Positions 1-9,310 of a DNA stretch of 32,624 nucleotides are shown piece after piece (the stretch's first letter is position 1; each line of letters starts with the position of its first letter). A model generated the notes under the pieces. The model was not told where the DNA came from, made no database searches, and worked only from the letters and a program-made list of their open reading frames with translations. A program made the position numbers and the translations under genes. Source of the stretch: a virus (Duplodnaviria > Caudoviricetes); IMG/VR virus record IMGVR_UViG_3300033692_000021, positions 1 through 32,624 of that record. One strand, written 5' to 3'.

Positions 1-10
1 GTAAGGGGTA

Positions 11-93
11 CAAAACAAAACGTGCAAACCAAAAACACGCAAAACACTAAAAAATAAAGGATTACAAAAAAGCGATTCAAAACGAATTGTACA
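11..93 (+). repeat. Left-end putative transposase-binding sites
   Basis: CAAAACAAAACGTGCA (11-26) and CAAAACGAATTGTACA (78-93) each match 12/16 to the reverse complement of right-end motifs at 31563-31578 and 31541-31556. Confidence 0.65.
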
Positions 94-130
94 AAACTAT
101 TAAAAAAACATCATTTTCGATTCAATAACT

Positions 131-156
131 AAGGGCTTTTTGTAGCCCTTTTTTTA
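131..156 (+). terminator. Putative intrinsic terminator facing into the prophage
   Basis: AAGGGCT-ttttgt-AGCCCTT hairpin followed by a T run. Confidence 0.45.
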
Positions 157-519
157 TGCTACTTCAACAACCATTCAACTATACTGCAAAAGCCCGTCAA
201 ATAAGCGAAAACAAGCAATAAAGTAAGTCCATTATACACCCAAAAAACAACCAAATAAATACTCCTGGACAATTTGATAAAAACACGAAAGGACTTGCGA
301 AAGGGCTTACAAAAGGGCTTACAAAATTCAAACAAAAACAGTGTTTAGATATGGTAATAATATAAAGATATACGAATAAAAAGCGGGTTTATTGAAAATT
401 GCAAGGGGGATAATACCTATAAAAAACGCAACAAGACAACAGTGAAAAGCGCTTGAGTCGTTGTAATACAGCGCTTTAGTGAAGCTTCTGCGTGAAAAGT
501 AAAAGAAAAGTGTGTGTGT

Positions 520-942
520 CTATGGTTCTGCAACCTGCATGTTGTCGCTTTCTCCAGGATGATATCTGCGTTGCAATGAAGTTAAACGAGCCTTTAAACT
601 GCCGATCTCCTCAGCCATCTCTTTGATGTCCTGGTCTTTTTCTCTGAGGTATTCCATTAATAGACTGGGATGCACGGTTGTGTCTGGTTCTTCTTTCTTT
701 TTGTCGGCCATTTTCATGGGATCTTTTCCGGCAATCAACCATTCTAAGTTAATTTTTTCAGAAAATCCTGCATCAATGAATCTATAAAAAAAATCTGACG
801 ATGGTTTTGTTGAGCCACTCTTTATATCATAGATGGTTTGGGGCCTATCGTACCCTAGAAGCTTTGAAAATTGAGCCGGTTTCAGCTCAAGAAATTCAAG
901 CATTTCTGTAAAACGTGCAGATATTTCTAAATTTTTTGCCAA
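520..942 (-). CDS. Phage repressor (CI/XRE-like HTH); start may be the ATG at 903
   Basis: HTH-like FSKLLGYDRPQTIYDIKSG...KPS and INLEWLIAG; divergent from the early operon at the prophage left end. Confidence 0.8.
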   Translation of the reverse strand: MAKNLEISARFTEMLEFLELKPAQFSKLLGYDRPQTIYDIKSGSTKPSSDFFYRFIDAGFSEKINLEWLIAGKDPMKMADKKKEEPDTTVHPSLLMEYLREKDQDIKEMAEEIGSLKARLTSLQRRYHPGESDNMQVAEP

Positions 943-947
943 TATTA

Positions 948-979
948 TTTGATTTAATACAGAATATCCTGTAATATTG
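948..979 (+). promoter_or_regulatory. Putative early promoter overlapping a palindromic operator
   Basis: TTTG (948-951), 20 nt, TAATATTG (972-979), close to the Bacteroidota TTTG/TAnnTTTG consensus; overlaps TACAG-N6-CTGTA (958-973). Confidence 0.5.
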
Positions 980-1010
980 TAACAAGTTTAATACAAAACT
1001 ACGGCGAAAA

Positions 1011-1208
1011 ATGACAGAAAAACAAGTTTTAGAGCAAAAAAAGTTTGGCGACATAAACATAGTAGCTGAAATCATTGGGGAGACGAGGGGTAATACCAGC
1101 CAAATTCTAAGACGTCCGACTGCAAAGAAGCATAAGAAAGCAATGGAAGTACTCCGAAGACTTGTTGAATCTCGTCAGCAAATAGCAACTGAAATCAGTA
1201 CAGAATAA
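1011..1208 (+). CDS. Ner/Cro-like small DNA-binding protein
   Basis: 65 aa, HTH-like VAEIIGETRGNTSQIL; lies between repressor and transposase as Mu ner does. Confidence 0.65.
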   Translation: MTEKQVLEQKKFGDINIVAEIIGETRGNTSQILRRPTAKKHKKAMEVLRRLVESRQQIATEISTE

Positions 1209-1214
1209 TCTGTA
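1199..1214. promoter_or_regulatory. Second copy of operator-like palindrome
   Basis: TACAGAATAATCTGTA, 14/16 identical to 958-973, directly before the transposase ATG. Confidence 0.55.
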
Positions 1215-1218
1215 TTAT

Positions 1219-3261
1219 ATGCTGGAATATCACGATAACATATTATGTGTTGCGGGCGGCTGGCTTTATGGCGAAGGCGCCATCATGACCAAAGCCAATT
1301 ATGATGCCCTGGTTTCGCGCGACCGATTGCAAGTTGTGCGTAAGGGAGGTGGGCCTGGTCGTCCGGCATTGATAAAATACGAAAGCATTCCCGATAGATT
1401 CAAGGCGTTGATTGTAGCTAAGGAAGGAGATCCTTACAAAAAAGCACGTTTTAATGACTTTGAAAAATACATTATACCAGATCGTCATGCACGCGCTTAC
1501 TTTAGTGCATTCAAGTTGCCTGATGGCCGCAATCTTCCTGGGGAGGTGATTAACGAATATTCAACTAATGCTGATCTCCTTAATGCTGTTCACAGAGTGA
1601 TCACTAAAAGAACCGGTAAGAGAAAAGCCCTGGGTGGACGAACTTCTCATATATGGGAATCAGTTGCCGGGACAGTGGAGCAGCTTAAGTGTGATGAAGA
1701 CTTAAAGAAGAAATATAATCATACACTTCCATCTAATCCCAGGCGTTTGAAAGAACGGCACAAGAAGTACATGGAGGAAGGATATCACGCTCTTATACAC
1801 AGAGGTTATTGTAACAGCAACAGCAGGAAGGTGACTGCTGACATGGAGCGTCTTATCCTTTCCCTCTATGCTATGCCTAACAAGCCATTCTCTTCGAGCG
1901 TGCATGACTTGTATCTGCAATTCCTGAGCGGTGCTATAGATGTGGTTGATTACGACACCGGAGAGATTTACGACCGCAACGACTTCTTTGATAAAGATGG
2001 TGTGCCGGTAATGGTGAGTGAAAGTACTATCTGGAATTACATCAACAATCCTAAGAATCGTGTGATTGTAGATAAGGCCAGGAGTGACAGTCACGAATTC
2101 ACAAGTATTCGCAGACCACACCACCACCGTCACGCGCCCATGTTCTCGCTTAGTAAAATCTCGATGGACGACCGAGACCTTCCGCGCAAGTTGCCTGATG
2201 GCACACGTGTAAAAGCCTATTACGCTTATGATGTGAAGAGTGGTTGTGTGGTTGGTGCCTCATATAGCAGGCATAAAGACGAGGGACTATTTATTGATTG
2301 TGTTCGCGACATGTTCAAGTTCTTCGACTATCACAATATGAGCACGCCTGCCGAGGTGGAGGTGGAGCATCACCTGGTTAACAAGTTCAAAGACGACCTG
2401 ATGCAAGCCGGAATCATATTCCCATTTGTGCGCTGGTGTAATCCAGGGAACTCGCAGGAGAAGTATGCAGAGACAGGTAACCGCCTTAAGAAGTATGGTT
2501 ACGAGAAACGATATCAGGATGGTATTGGTCGCTTCTACTCAAAGCTTGAAGCCAACAGGCCGCGTCAGGAAAAAACGTGGGATGATGAAGGTATGAAAGT
2601 GAAGGAGAAGGCTTACACATTTGAGCAGCTTGTTGCTGATGACAGATTTACAATAGAGAAGTACAATAATAGCAAGCACCCTGATGAGAAGTATTATCCA
2701 AATATGACCAGAATGGATGTTCTTAAGAGATATCAGAATCCGGATCTGTTGGATATCGACCGCGCGCTTCTTGTTCGATACATCGGAGACCACACCGAAA
2801 CAAGTGTTCGTCGCTCGCAATATGTAACGGTGCAGTATGGTAAGTACCAGTTGCCTTCTCCAGAGGTGTTGCAAAAGCTTAAGCCAAATAACTACAAGGT
2901 GGATGCTTACTATCTGCCTGGCGAGGATGGAATTGAAGAAGTCTATCTCTATCAGGACCGGACATTTATTTGCAAAGCAGAGCTGATTAAGACCTACAAT
3001 ACTGCCACGGCTGAGCAAACAGACGATGATCGCAGCGCATACACCGAACAGGCCAAGTATGTAAGTCAGTTCGATAAGCTTGCCAAAGATGGCAAGGCGT
3101 CACTTTCAAAAATTCACATCATAGAGAAGGAAGAGCAGGAGGATGAAGTGATTGTGGAAACGGTGCCGGACATAGTGGAACCGGACGAGATTGAGACAGA
3201 CTTTGAAGACTACTCTGACGATGAAGATTTCAATATACAGAGAGCATTGGACTCTCTATAA
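1219..3261 (+). CDS. Mu-like DDE transposase (MuA analog)
   Basis: 680 aa; RNase H-like core (ISMDDRD...YYAYDVKSGCVVG...GNSQEKYAE); acidic C-terminal tail; followed by an AAA ATPase. Confidence 0.88.
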   Translation: MLEYHDNILCVAGGWLYGEGAIMTKANYDALVSRDRLQVVRKGGGPGRPALIKYESIPDRFKALIVAKEGDPYKKARFNDFEKYIIPDRHARAYFSAFKLPDGRNLPGEVINEYSTNADLLNAVHRVITKRTGKRKALGGRTSHIWESVAGTVEQLKCDEDLKKKYNHTLPSNPRRLKERHKKYMEEGYHALIHRGYCNSNSRKVTADMERLILSLYAMPNKPFSSSVHDLYLQFLSGAIDVVDYDTGEIYDRNDFFDKDGVPVMVSESTIWNYINNPKNRVIVDKARSDSHEFTSIRRPHHHRHAPMFSLSKISMDDRDLPRKLPDGTRVKAYYAYDVKSGCVVGASYSRHKDEGLFIDCVRDMFKFFDYHNMSTPAEVEVEHHLVNKFKDDLMQAGIIFPFVRWCNPGNSQEKYAETGNRLKKYGYEKRYQDGIGRFYSKLEANRPRQEKTWDDEGMKVKEKAYTFEQLVADDRFTIEKYNNSKHPDEKYYPNMTRMDVLKRYQNPDLLDIDRALLVRYIGDHTETSVRRSQYVTVQYGKYQLPSPEVLQKLKPNNYKVDAYYLPGEDGIEEVYLYQDRTFICKAELIKTYNTATAEQTDDDRSAYTEQAKYVSQFDKLAKDGKASLSKIHIIEKEEQEDEVIVETVPDIVEPDEIETDFEDYSDDEDFNIQRALDSL

Positions 3262-3280
3262 TTTCTAAAACGATTGAACT

Positions 3281-4162
3281 ATGATGACAACAGATTTAAA
3301 AAACAGAATTGTGGCAGCTATCAAAGAGCGCCGGAACAATTACTCAAGTGATGCTAAGATGGCCGTGGCCCTTGGAATCAGCTCTTCGCAATTTTCGCGC
3401 ATTACCCGCAAGGGAGACATGGACAATGTACTGGCTGATGCGAAGTGGATATCCATTGCCCGCCGGCTTCAGGTTGAGATTAGCGGACGCAAAGAATTGG
3501 TTACGGCTAAAACACCCGTCTTTCAATTTGTGACCGGGCAGCTGGCAGCTTGTAAGAATAACTCTTTGTCGGGGTTGCTTTGTGACAGTGCCGACGTTGG
3601 TAAAACTTACGCTGCTAAGTGGTTTTGCCGCAACAATAAGAATGCTGCATACATCGACTGCTCACAGGTAAAGACAAAACAGAAGCTTATCAGGGCCATT
3701 GCCCGCGAGTTTGGCCTGGTATCTATTGGCAGATACAGCGATGTATATGATGACCTGGTCTTTTATCTACGTTCCGTGCCTGCTCCTATTGTGGTGCTTG
3801 ATGAGGCCGGTGATTTGGATTACCCTGCTTTTTTGGAGCTGAAAGCTCTCTGGAATGCCACTGAGTATGCCTGTGGCTGGTACATGATTGGTGCCGATGG
3901 GTTGCGCAAAAAAATAGACAAGAATCTTGGTAACAAGAAAGTAGGATATACCGAGATATTCAGCCGTTACGGAAGCCGCTACCAGAAGATTACTCCTGAT
4001 GGAGGAGACGAGCTGAATAAATTCAACCGTCAGCAGGTGGCAATGATTGCAAAAGCGAACAACGTCCCCAACCCTCAGCAATTGTACAGCAAAACCCAAG
4101 GCAGTTTGCGACGCATATACACTGAGATTCAGAAGTTAAACCAGCAAGCACAGGAGGCATAA
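3281..4162 (+). CDS. MuB-like transposition AAA+ ATPase
   Basis: N-terminal HTH, Walker A variant SADVGKT, Walker B VVLDEAG; adjacent to transposase. Confidence 0.85.
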   Translation: MMTTDLKNRIVAAIKERRNNYSSDAKMAVALGISSSQFSRITRKGDMDNVLADAKWISIARRLQVEISGRKELVTAKTPVFQFVTGQLAACKNNSLSGLLCDSADVGKTYAAKWFCRNNKNAAYIDCSQVKTKQKLIRAIAREFGLVSIGRYSDVYDDLVFYLRSVPAPIVVLDEAGDLDYPAFLELKALWNATEYACGWYMIGADGLRKKIDKNLGNKKVGYTEIFSRYGSRYQKITPDGGDELNKFNRQQVAMIAKANNVPNPQQLYSKTQGSLRRIYTEIQKLNQQAQEA

Positions 4163-4797
4163 TGGCAAGAGCAATTAGTGTAACAGAGCTATATAACAAA
4201 AGACGCAATGTGATGCAATTCACCGGTAAGTGGAGAGAGTCTTTTGGAGACCCTGAAAGAATAGGTTCATGGATTATATGGGGGAATTCTTTTAATGGCA
4301 AAACGAGCTGTGCCGTAATGCTTTCAAAATATCTGACGAAGTTCGGGAAGGTCTTATATAACTCACTTGAGGAAGGTGGTTCCGAAAGCATGAAGACTGC
4401 GTTTATGAACTATCAAATGCATGAAGTAAAACATAGAATAACCCTTTTAGATCAAGAGCCGATTGATGAGTTGATTGTGCGTCTGGAAAAGCATAAGAGT
4501 GCCAATATTGTAGTTACGGATAGTGTACAATATAGTGACTTATCATACCCGGCATATAAAGAACTAAGAGCCAGATTTCCAAGAAAGCTTTTTGTGTGGG
4601 TTTCGCACGCAGATGGAAAGCATCCTGAAGGCAGGGTGGCGAGAAAGATAAGGTATGATTCTTTCGTCAAGATATGGGTTGAAGGTTACAGGGCTGATGT
4701 GTTGAGCCGATATGGTGGAGGAAAGCCATTAATTATTTACCCCGACGGAGCCGCACAATACTGGGGCGATGAAATACTCGAAGGCAATGGATATTAA
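4162..4797 (+). CDS. Second P-loop ATPase (RecA/KaiC-like fold)
   Basis: Walker A GNSFNGKTS, LYNSLEEG, Walker B-like IVVTDSVQ. Confidence 0.75.
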   Translation: MARAISVTELYNKRRNVMQFTGKWRESFGDPERIGSWIIWGNSFNGKTSCAVMLSKYLTKFGKVLYNSLEEGGSESMKTAFMNYQMHEVKHRITLLDQEPIDELIVRLEKHKSANIVVTDSVQYSDLSYPAYKELRARFPRKLFVWVSHADGKHPEGRVARKIRYDSFVKIWVEGYRADVLSRYGGGKPLIIYPDGAAQYWGDEILEGNGY

Positions 4798-5212
4798 GCA
4801 AAAACGAAGAGTCGCACACGCGCTCATGTACAAGGCAGGAGCCTTGCCAAACAAGCGCGATATACTAGCCGGGTACGGTGTGGAAAGCTCAAAAGACCTT
4901 ACCGACCGCCAGATGGATGAACTAATTGAACGGTTAAAAGAAGCTGTAAGCAAGCGAAAGACAACACCTCCTGATGTAAGGCAATGGCGAAGCAACGTTA
5001 TGACAATGCTCAATAAGTGTGGTGTCTATGCCGATCAGAACGACTGGCAGCGGGTTAACAAGTTCCTGTTGGATAAGCGCATTGCCGGGAAACTTCTCTA
5101 TGAGATGACCGTGCCGGAGATGAAGGAGCTCCACCGCAAGCTGGCGAGTGTTGCCCGCAAAAAAGAAATAGAGGCAAAGAATCAATTGTATAACGGAATA
5201 GCAATGAACTAA
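4787..5212 (+). CDS. Hypothetical protein, possibly GemA (Mu gp16)-like
   Basis: SSKDLTDRQMDELIERL and LYEMTVPEMKEL motifs and early-operon position; start placed at the ATG overlapping the upstream gene end. Confidence 0.5.
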   Translation: MDIKQKRRVAHALMYKAGALPNKRDILAGYGVESSKDLTDRQMDELIERLKEAVSKRKTTPPDVRQWRSNVMTMLNKCGVYADQNDWQRVNKFLLDKRIAGKLLYEMTVPEMKELHRKLASVARKKEIEAKNQLYNGIAMN

Positions 5213-5216
5213 AACC

Positions 5217-5609
5217 ATGAAACAAAATGCAAAAGCAATGGAAGCGCGCACCGTGTGGTGCGAAAGGGCGATAACCAATATGCTCGGATTAACGCCCGAC
5301 AAGTATCTGGAACTGATGTACGAGACAGGCTGCGAGTTTGTGGAAGAGCTCTTTCGCAACGATGGATACACGGGCAAGCGCCTCAAGCGTGCAGTGAGTA
5401 AGTACATAACCAGCGACCTGTACTGGTATTACTGGATGATAGAATGGGTGGACACCTGCGAAGCATTCCTTGACTGGGATTATTCTAAAAAGTCACTTGC
5501 CGACCTGCTGGATATGCAGATGCAGGCAAAGAGGCCCTGGGATCTTCTTCACAAGAAAATCATCGAAGAGAAAGGTCACACAGTGAAAGTGGACACATTG
5601 AATTCTTAA
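5217..5609 (+). CDS. Hypothetical phage protein
   Basis: 130-aa ORF tightly packed in the early operon. Confidence 0.7.
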   Translation: MKQNAKAMEARTVWCERAITNMLGLTPDKYLELMYETGCEFVEELFRNDGYTGKRLKRAVSKYITSDLYWYYWMIEWVDTCEAFLDWDYSKKSLADLLDMQMQAKRPWDLLHKKIIEEKGHTVKVDTLNS

Positions 5610-5628
5610 CTACAATAACAGTTGCAAT

Positions 5629-5847
5629 ATGAATAACGACAGGTCAATATCTCAAGGGGCAGGAGTAGATGCAGTACTACTGGCAATATTCGTAACACTG
5701 AAGCTGACAAACCAGATCGACTGGGCATGGTTATGGGTGCTTACCCCACTGTGGGCGCCAATTGCTTTGGGTGCATTGATTGCCACGCTCTTTCTCCTGG
5801 CATTAATTATCAAAGTGTTCAGAATAGTATTAACCAAAAACAAATAG
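5629..5847 (+). CDS. Small two-helix membrane protein
   Basis: Hydrophobic, with the IFVTLKLTNQIDWAWLWVLTPLW motif common in phage membrane proteins. Confidence 0.7.
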   Translation: MNNDRSISQGAGVDAVLLAIFVTLKLTNQIDWAWLWVLTPLWAPIALGALIATLFLLALIIKVFRIVLTKNK

Positions 5848-5852
5848 TAATC

Positions 5853-6542
5853 ATGAGTGTAGATGTAAAATCTTTAAGCCCCGAAGACAGGGCAGAATTG
5901 CTGAGACAATTGCAGCAGGATCAGGAAGCCGAAAAGGCTGAGAAAAAGAAAGCCCGCGAGGATTACCGGGAGAATGTGAATAAGGTTGTTGCCAGTAACA
6001 TTAAAGACCTTCAGGTGCTGAGTAGTTTCCTGAGTCAGAAAAAGGCAGAGGTATTTAACAGCCTCAATGCACTGCTCCGCCAAAAGAAAGACCTGTTCGG
6101 GTACAAACAGGGGCAGCAGTCGCACACCTTTACTGATAAGGATGGCAACTCTGTGGTTGTAGGCTTTCGGGTTATCGACAGCTGGGACGACACCGTAGAG
6201 GCCGGAATTGCGAAGGTGAACGAATACATCGACAGCCTCAGTACGAATGAAGAAACTGCGAAGCTTGTGCGTATGCTTCAGGGCTTCCTGAAGAAAGACC
6301 AGAAAGGCAACCTGAAGCCCAGCCGTGTGCTTGAGCTGCAAAAGATGGCTAAGGATATCAATGACCCATCGCTGACAGAGGCCGTGGATATCATTAAAGA
6401 TGCCTACAAGCCTCATCGCTCGGCCTTCTTCATTGAAGCAAGCATGAAGGAAAAGAAGACCGGCAAGCAGGTAGGTATTCCATTGTCGATCACTTCCGTT
6501 GATTTCCCGGAGGGTTCTGAAATCTCAACCGACGAGATATGA
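5853..6542 (+). CDS. DUF3164-like protein of Mu-like phages
   Basis: QQSHTFT...KGNLKPSRVLEL motifs; likely start MSVDVK at 5853 after the upstream stop. Confidence 0.7.
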   Translation: MSVDVKSLSPEDRAELLRQLQQDQEAEKAEKKKAREDYRENVNKVVASNIKDLQVLSSFLSQKKAEVFNSLNALLRQKKDLFGYKQGQQSHTFTDKDGNSVVVGFRVIDSWDDTVEAGIAKVNEYIDSLSTNEETAKLVRMLQGFLKKDQKGNLKPSRVLELQKMAKDINDPSLTEAVDIIKDAYKPHRSAFFIEASMKEKKTGKQVGIPLSITSVDFPEGSEISTDEI

Positions 6543-6676
6543 TTTATGTGCTGTGGGGGTTATGGCTGCTTGTAATTGTGCTGGTGGTTCGCAATGAACG
6601 AAAGACAAAGCAACAGCCACCCCAACACCATAGATACCACCGGCATCACTATAATAAACAATTAGAAAATCATTAA
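6539..6676 (+). CDS. 45-aa membrane peptide with His-rich tail (not in the ORF track)
   Basis: MIYVLWGLWLLVIVLVVRNERKTKQQPPQHHRYHRHHYNKQLENH; ATGA overlap with upstream stop; ends 3 nt before the next ATG. Confidence 0.6.
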   Translation: MIYVLWGLWLLVIVLVVRNERKTKQQPPQHHRYHRHHYNKQLENH

Positions 6677-6679
6677 GCC

Positions 6680-7102
6680 ATGTTAAAACAAGGAGATAAT
6701 GTAATAATTGACAATCTGCCTGCCGGCAGAAAGTTACCGGAATCGCTGAAGGGCGAAGAGTGCAGCGTGATTGATATGCACAGGTATGGGTCGTCTTTTT
6801 TCTACGACATAGAGCTGCTCAGCCCGGTAGAGGGAATTGATAAGCTGCCATTGTTCAGGGGCAATCTTCTCCGGGCTGTTGCTCCCAGACCTTCCAATAA
6901 GGAGCTGCAAAAGGCAGCGCAATTGAACACGGAAGCTGAAATCAGCCAGTCGATTAACGAGCTGAAGGATGAATTAAAGGCCTGGCCGCTTCCAAGGCAG
7001 TTTGATGAAAACAGTGAGATGTATAATCGGGTGTGGGTTCGCAGAATGAGACTGCATGGCCGTATTGCCACGATGATTAAGGAGTTGGGAGGTAAGGTAT
7101 GA
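6680..7102 (+). CDS. Hypothetical phage protein
   Basis: 140-aa ORF with ATGA coupling to the next gene. Confidence 0.7.
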   Translation: MLKQGDNVIIDNLPAGRKLPESLKGEECSVIDMHRYGSSFFYDIELLSPVEGIDKLPLFRGNLLRAVAPRPSNKELQKAAQLNTEAEISQSINELKDELKAWPLPRQFDENSEMYNRVWVRRMRLHGRIATMIKELGGKV

Positions 7103-7341
7103 AAGCAATATTAAAGAGCATTGCAAGCATCTTTCAACGCAGATGTAACCGCATTTACATTCTTACAAGACACAACGGCTCAGAGAAGCTGTTCTTTCAG
7201 TTCCGTAAGGATGGAGAAGACTGCTACTCTGTTAACCGTGCCGGAGCCTGGTACTTCGACAGCCCTGAACATGCCCGTGAGGCGCGCGACTTTCTTGGAT
7301 TAAAGAATGAATTGAACATCGAATCGTTTGAACGCATCTGA
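7099..7341 (+). CDS. Hypothetical phage protein
   Basis: 80 aa, translationally coupled. Confidence 0.65.
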   Translation: MKAILKSIASIFQRRCNRIYILTRHNGSEKLFFQFRKDGEDCYSVNRAGAWYFDSPEHAREARDFLGLKNELNIESFERI

Positions 7342-7343
7342 CT

Positions 7344-7877
7344 ATGAACAATTACGAGATACAATTCACAAAAGCCCGGTTTGTCGTTAGTTACTCACGC
7401 GGCAAGCTGCGCAAGGTTGAAGTAAAAAAAGGAACCCTCGACCTTGAGTTACTGGCCGAGGTGGTGCCCGACAAAGAGGACAGTATTGAGCCTCAGGATA
7501 GATTTGTAAAGATGGAGCCAAAAGCCAAAGACCAGTTCTTTGCACCTGCCCGAAAAGCATGGATGGAGTTCTACCGCAAGCAGTCGGGCCTGGATTACCG
7601 GTTTTTGGCTGCCGATGGCAAAGCACTCAAGGAAATAGGCAAGTACATGAAAGAGGTGAGCGGTAGCGATGAGGATGCCCTGGAGGCATGGAAATTTATC
7701 CTGCAACGATGGAACCGGCTCGACCCCTTCTATCGCAAGAATGCCGACCTCAAGTTTGTAAACTCACAGTTGAATAAGATAATTAACCAATTGAAGAATG
7801 GAACAAACACCGGCCAAACAGCGTCCCGCAATACTGCCGATGATCTCCGCAGGCGCTTCTCGGGTGGAGCTGGTTAG
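7344..7877 (+). CDS. Hypothetical phage protein
   Basis: 177 aa, in operon. Confidence 0.7.
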   Translation: MNNYEIQFTKARFVVSYSRGKLRKVEVKKGTLDLELLAEVVPDKEDSIEPQDRFVKMEPKAKDQFFAPARKAWMEFYRKQSGLDYRFLAADGKALKEIGKYMKEVSGSDEDALEAWKFILQRWNRLDPFYRKNADLKFVNSQLNKIINQLKNGTNTGQTASRNTADDLRRRFSGGAG

Positions 7878-8334
7878 AGCGTTTGCCAGACTTACCCCCG
7901 CGCAGATTGTCAGGGAGAGATATCCGGCAATGTCGTGGCTCAAGCGAAGACACGGGCTTGAGAAGGTTGAGGGTGTGTTGGCAGTGTTGCTTGTTGAAGC
8001 TTCCCAGGCATTCGCCACCCAGTTTGATGAAGAAACGGCTCTGGCAATGTCTGCTGAGATACAAAGCACTTTCTATTATTATTCCCTGGAGGATTGTTAC
8101 TACGTACTTCAGCAGATGAAGAAAAGCAAACAGTACGGCACACAGCTTACAGAGAATAAGGTGCTCTCGGCATTTGCCGATTACGAAAAGGAGCGAACCC
8201 AGGCAGCCGCTGAAATGAGCTACAACGAACACCTGTCGAACAAAGAGAACCCCAACGCCCACGACCGCAATGATAGTGTATTGAAAAGCAGAATATATCC
8301 AACGCAAAGAAACCCCAATGAACGCAAGAAATAA
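7798..8334 (+). CDS. Hypothetical phage protein
   Basis: 178 aa, overlaps both neighbours, helical composition. Confidence 0.65.
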   Translation: MEQTPAKQRPAILPMISAGASRVELVRAFARLTPAQIVRERYPAMSWLKRRHGLEKVEGVLAVLLVEASQAFATQFDEETALAMSAEIQSTFYYYSLEDCYYVLQQMKKSKQYGTQLTENKVLSAFADYEKERTQAAAEMSYNEHLSNKENPNAHDRNDSVLKSRIYPTQRNPNERKK

Positions 8335-8527
8335 ATACATAACCAAAGTAATTGCCTGCCCCGACTGCAAAGGGGCGGGTGAGATACTTAAAGACCCGGG
8401 CATCAGGAGTAACACCTACGATGTTGTGGAATGCCCGTCGTGCAAAGGCACAGGTCGCCTGATAAGAAAAACAAAGGTTGAATATACACCTTACGATAAG
8501 GATGTTAAATTAATGGTAAAGATATGA
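8318..8527 (+). CDS. DnaJ-type zinc-finger small protein
   Basis: CPDCKGAG and CPSCKGTG (two CxxCxGxG). Confidence 0.75.
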   Translation: MNARNKYITKVIACPDCKGAGEILKDPGIRSNTYDVVECPSCKGTGRLIRKTKVEYTPYDKDVKLMVKI

Positions 8528-8727
8528 TGGAAAGTCCAATTTACGCACTCGCCGAGCACCTGGATGAGTTAAAGCACATCCGGGATAATTACAAGGAGAT
8601 GGCTGCTGACAGTCCTAAGTTTCTGGAATTGTTTCAGAGAAAGGTAGCTCGCCTTAATAGTCAAATCGACAGCACCGAAAGGGCAATTAATGTCCTAATT
8701 AAATTACAAAAGGAGGCAAGCCGATGA
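8524..8727 (+). CDS. Hypothetical coiled-coil protein
   Basis: 67 aa, ATGA overlaps on both sides. Confidence 0.65.
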   Translation: MMESPIYALAEHLDELKHIRDNYKEMAADSPKFLELFQRKVARLNSQIDSTERAINVLIKLQKEASR

Positions 8728-9068
8728 GAGTGTATGTATCAGGAAAAATAACCGGCCTCCCCATGGAAGCCGTTAAAGAAAAGTTCGCCTGGCACTCTTC
8801 ATTCCTCCTTGCAAAGGGATATACACCCGTGAACCCAACAGAGGTAAGTCCTTATGAGAAGGGAAAAGCGTGGCACGATTACATGAAGGAGGATATTGCA
8901 GAGCTGCTTACCTGTGATGCCATATATATGCTTCGAGACTGGGGGCAGAGCAAAGGTGCCAGGGTGGAATATCAGATAGCCAGAGAGATGGGAATGTACA
9001 TTTTCTTTGAGGGTGAATTCAATGCTGACCGTTCTTTATTTCCGCAATTAAAAACAGAGAGCTTATGA
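8724..9068 (+). CDS. DUF4406 family (nucleoside 2-deoxyribosyltransferase-like) protein
   Basis: VYVSGKITG...VNP...CDAIYMLRDWGQSKGARVE. Confidence 0.85.
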   Translation: MRVYVSGKITGLPMEAVKEKFAWHSSFLLAKGYTPVNPTEVSPYEKGKAWHDYMKEDIAELLTCDAIYMLRDWGQSKGARVEYQIAREMGMYIFFEGEFNADRSLFPQLKTESL

Positions 9069-9289
9069 GTTGTATCACATTTACCCCCAACCAGTCAGTC
9101 GAGTTAATGCCGGTACATGGCGCCACAATTACCCAGGCACTTCAGGCAACCATGGATTTGATTTCAGGTACGACACTCAAATATGCCGACCTGGTGTACG
9201 ATGGCTTTACAATGTCTGTTTACCTGGATAGCAATATCAACCAATTGGCAATGGAGTATTGGAATTGGAAAAAGCAAAGGGTAATTTGA
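9065..9289 (+). CDS. Hypothetical phage protein
   Basis: 74 aa, coupled to upstream gene. Confidence 0.6.
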   Translation: MSCITFTPNQSVELMPVHGATITQALQATMDLISGTTLKYADLVYDGFTMSVYLDSNINQLAMEYWNWKKQRVI

Positions 9290-9310
9290 ATAACAATTAA
9301 ACAGTAAATA

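Noticed and set aside
288-325. Short AAAGGGCTTAC-type tandem repeats near the left end
   Set aside because: Real but short; could be pac- or protein-binding sites, but nothing in the window supports a function
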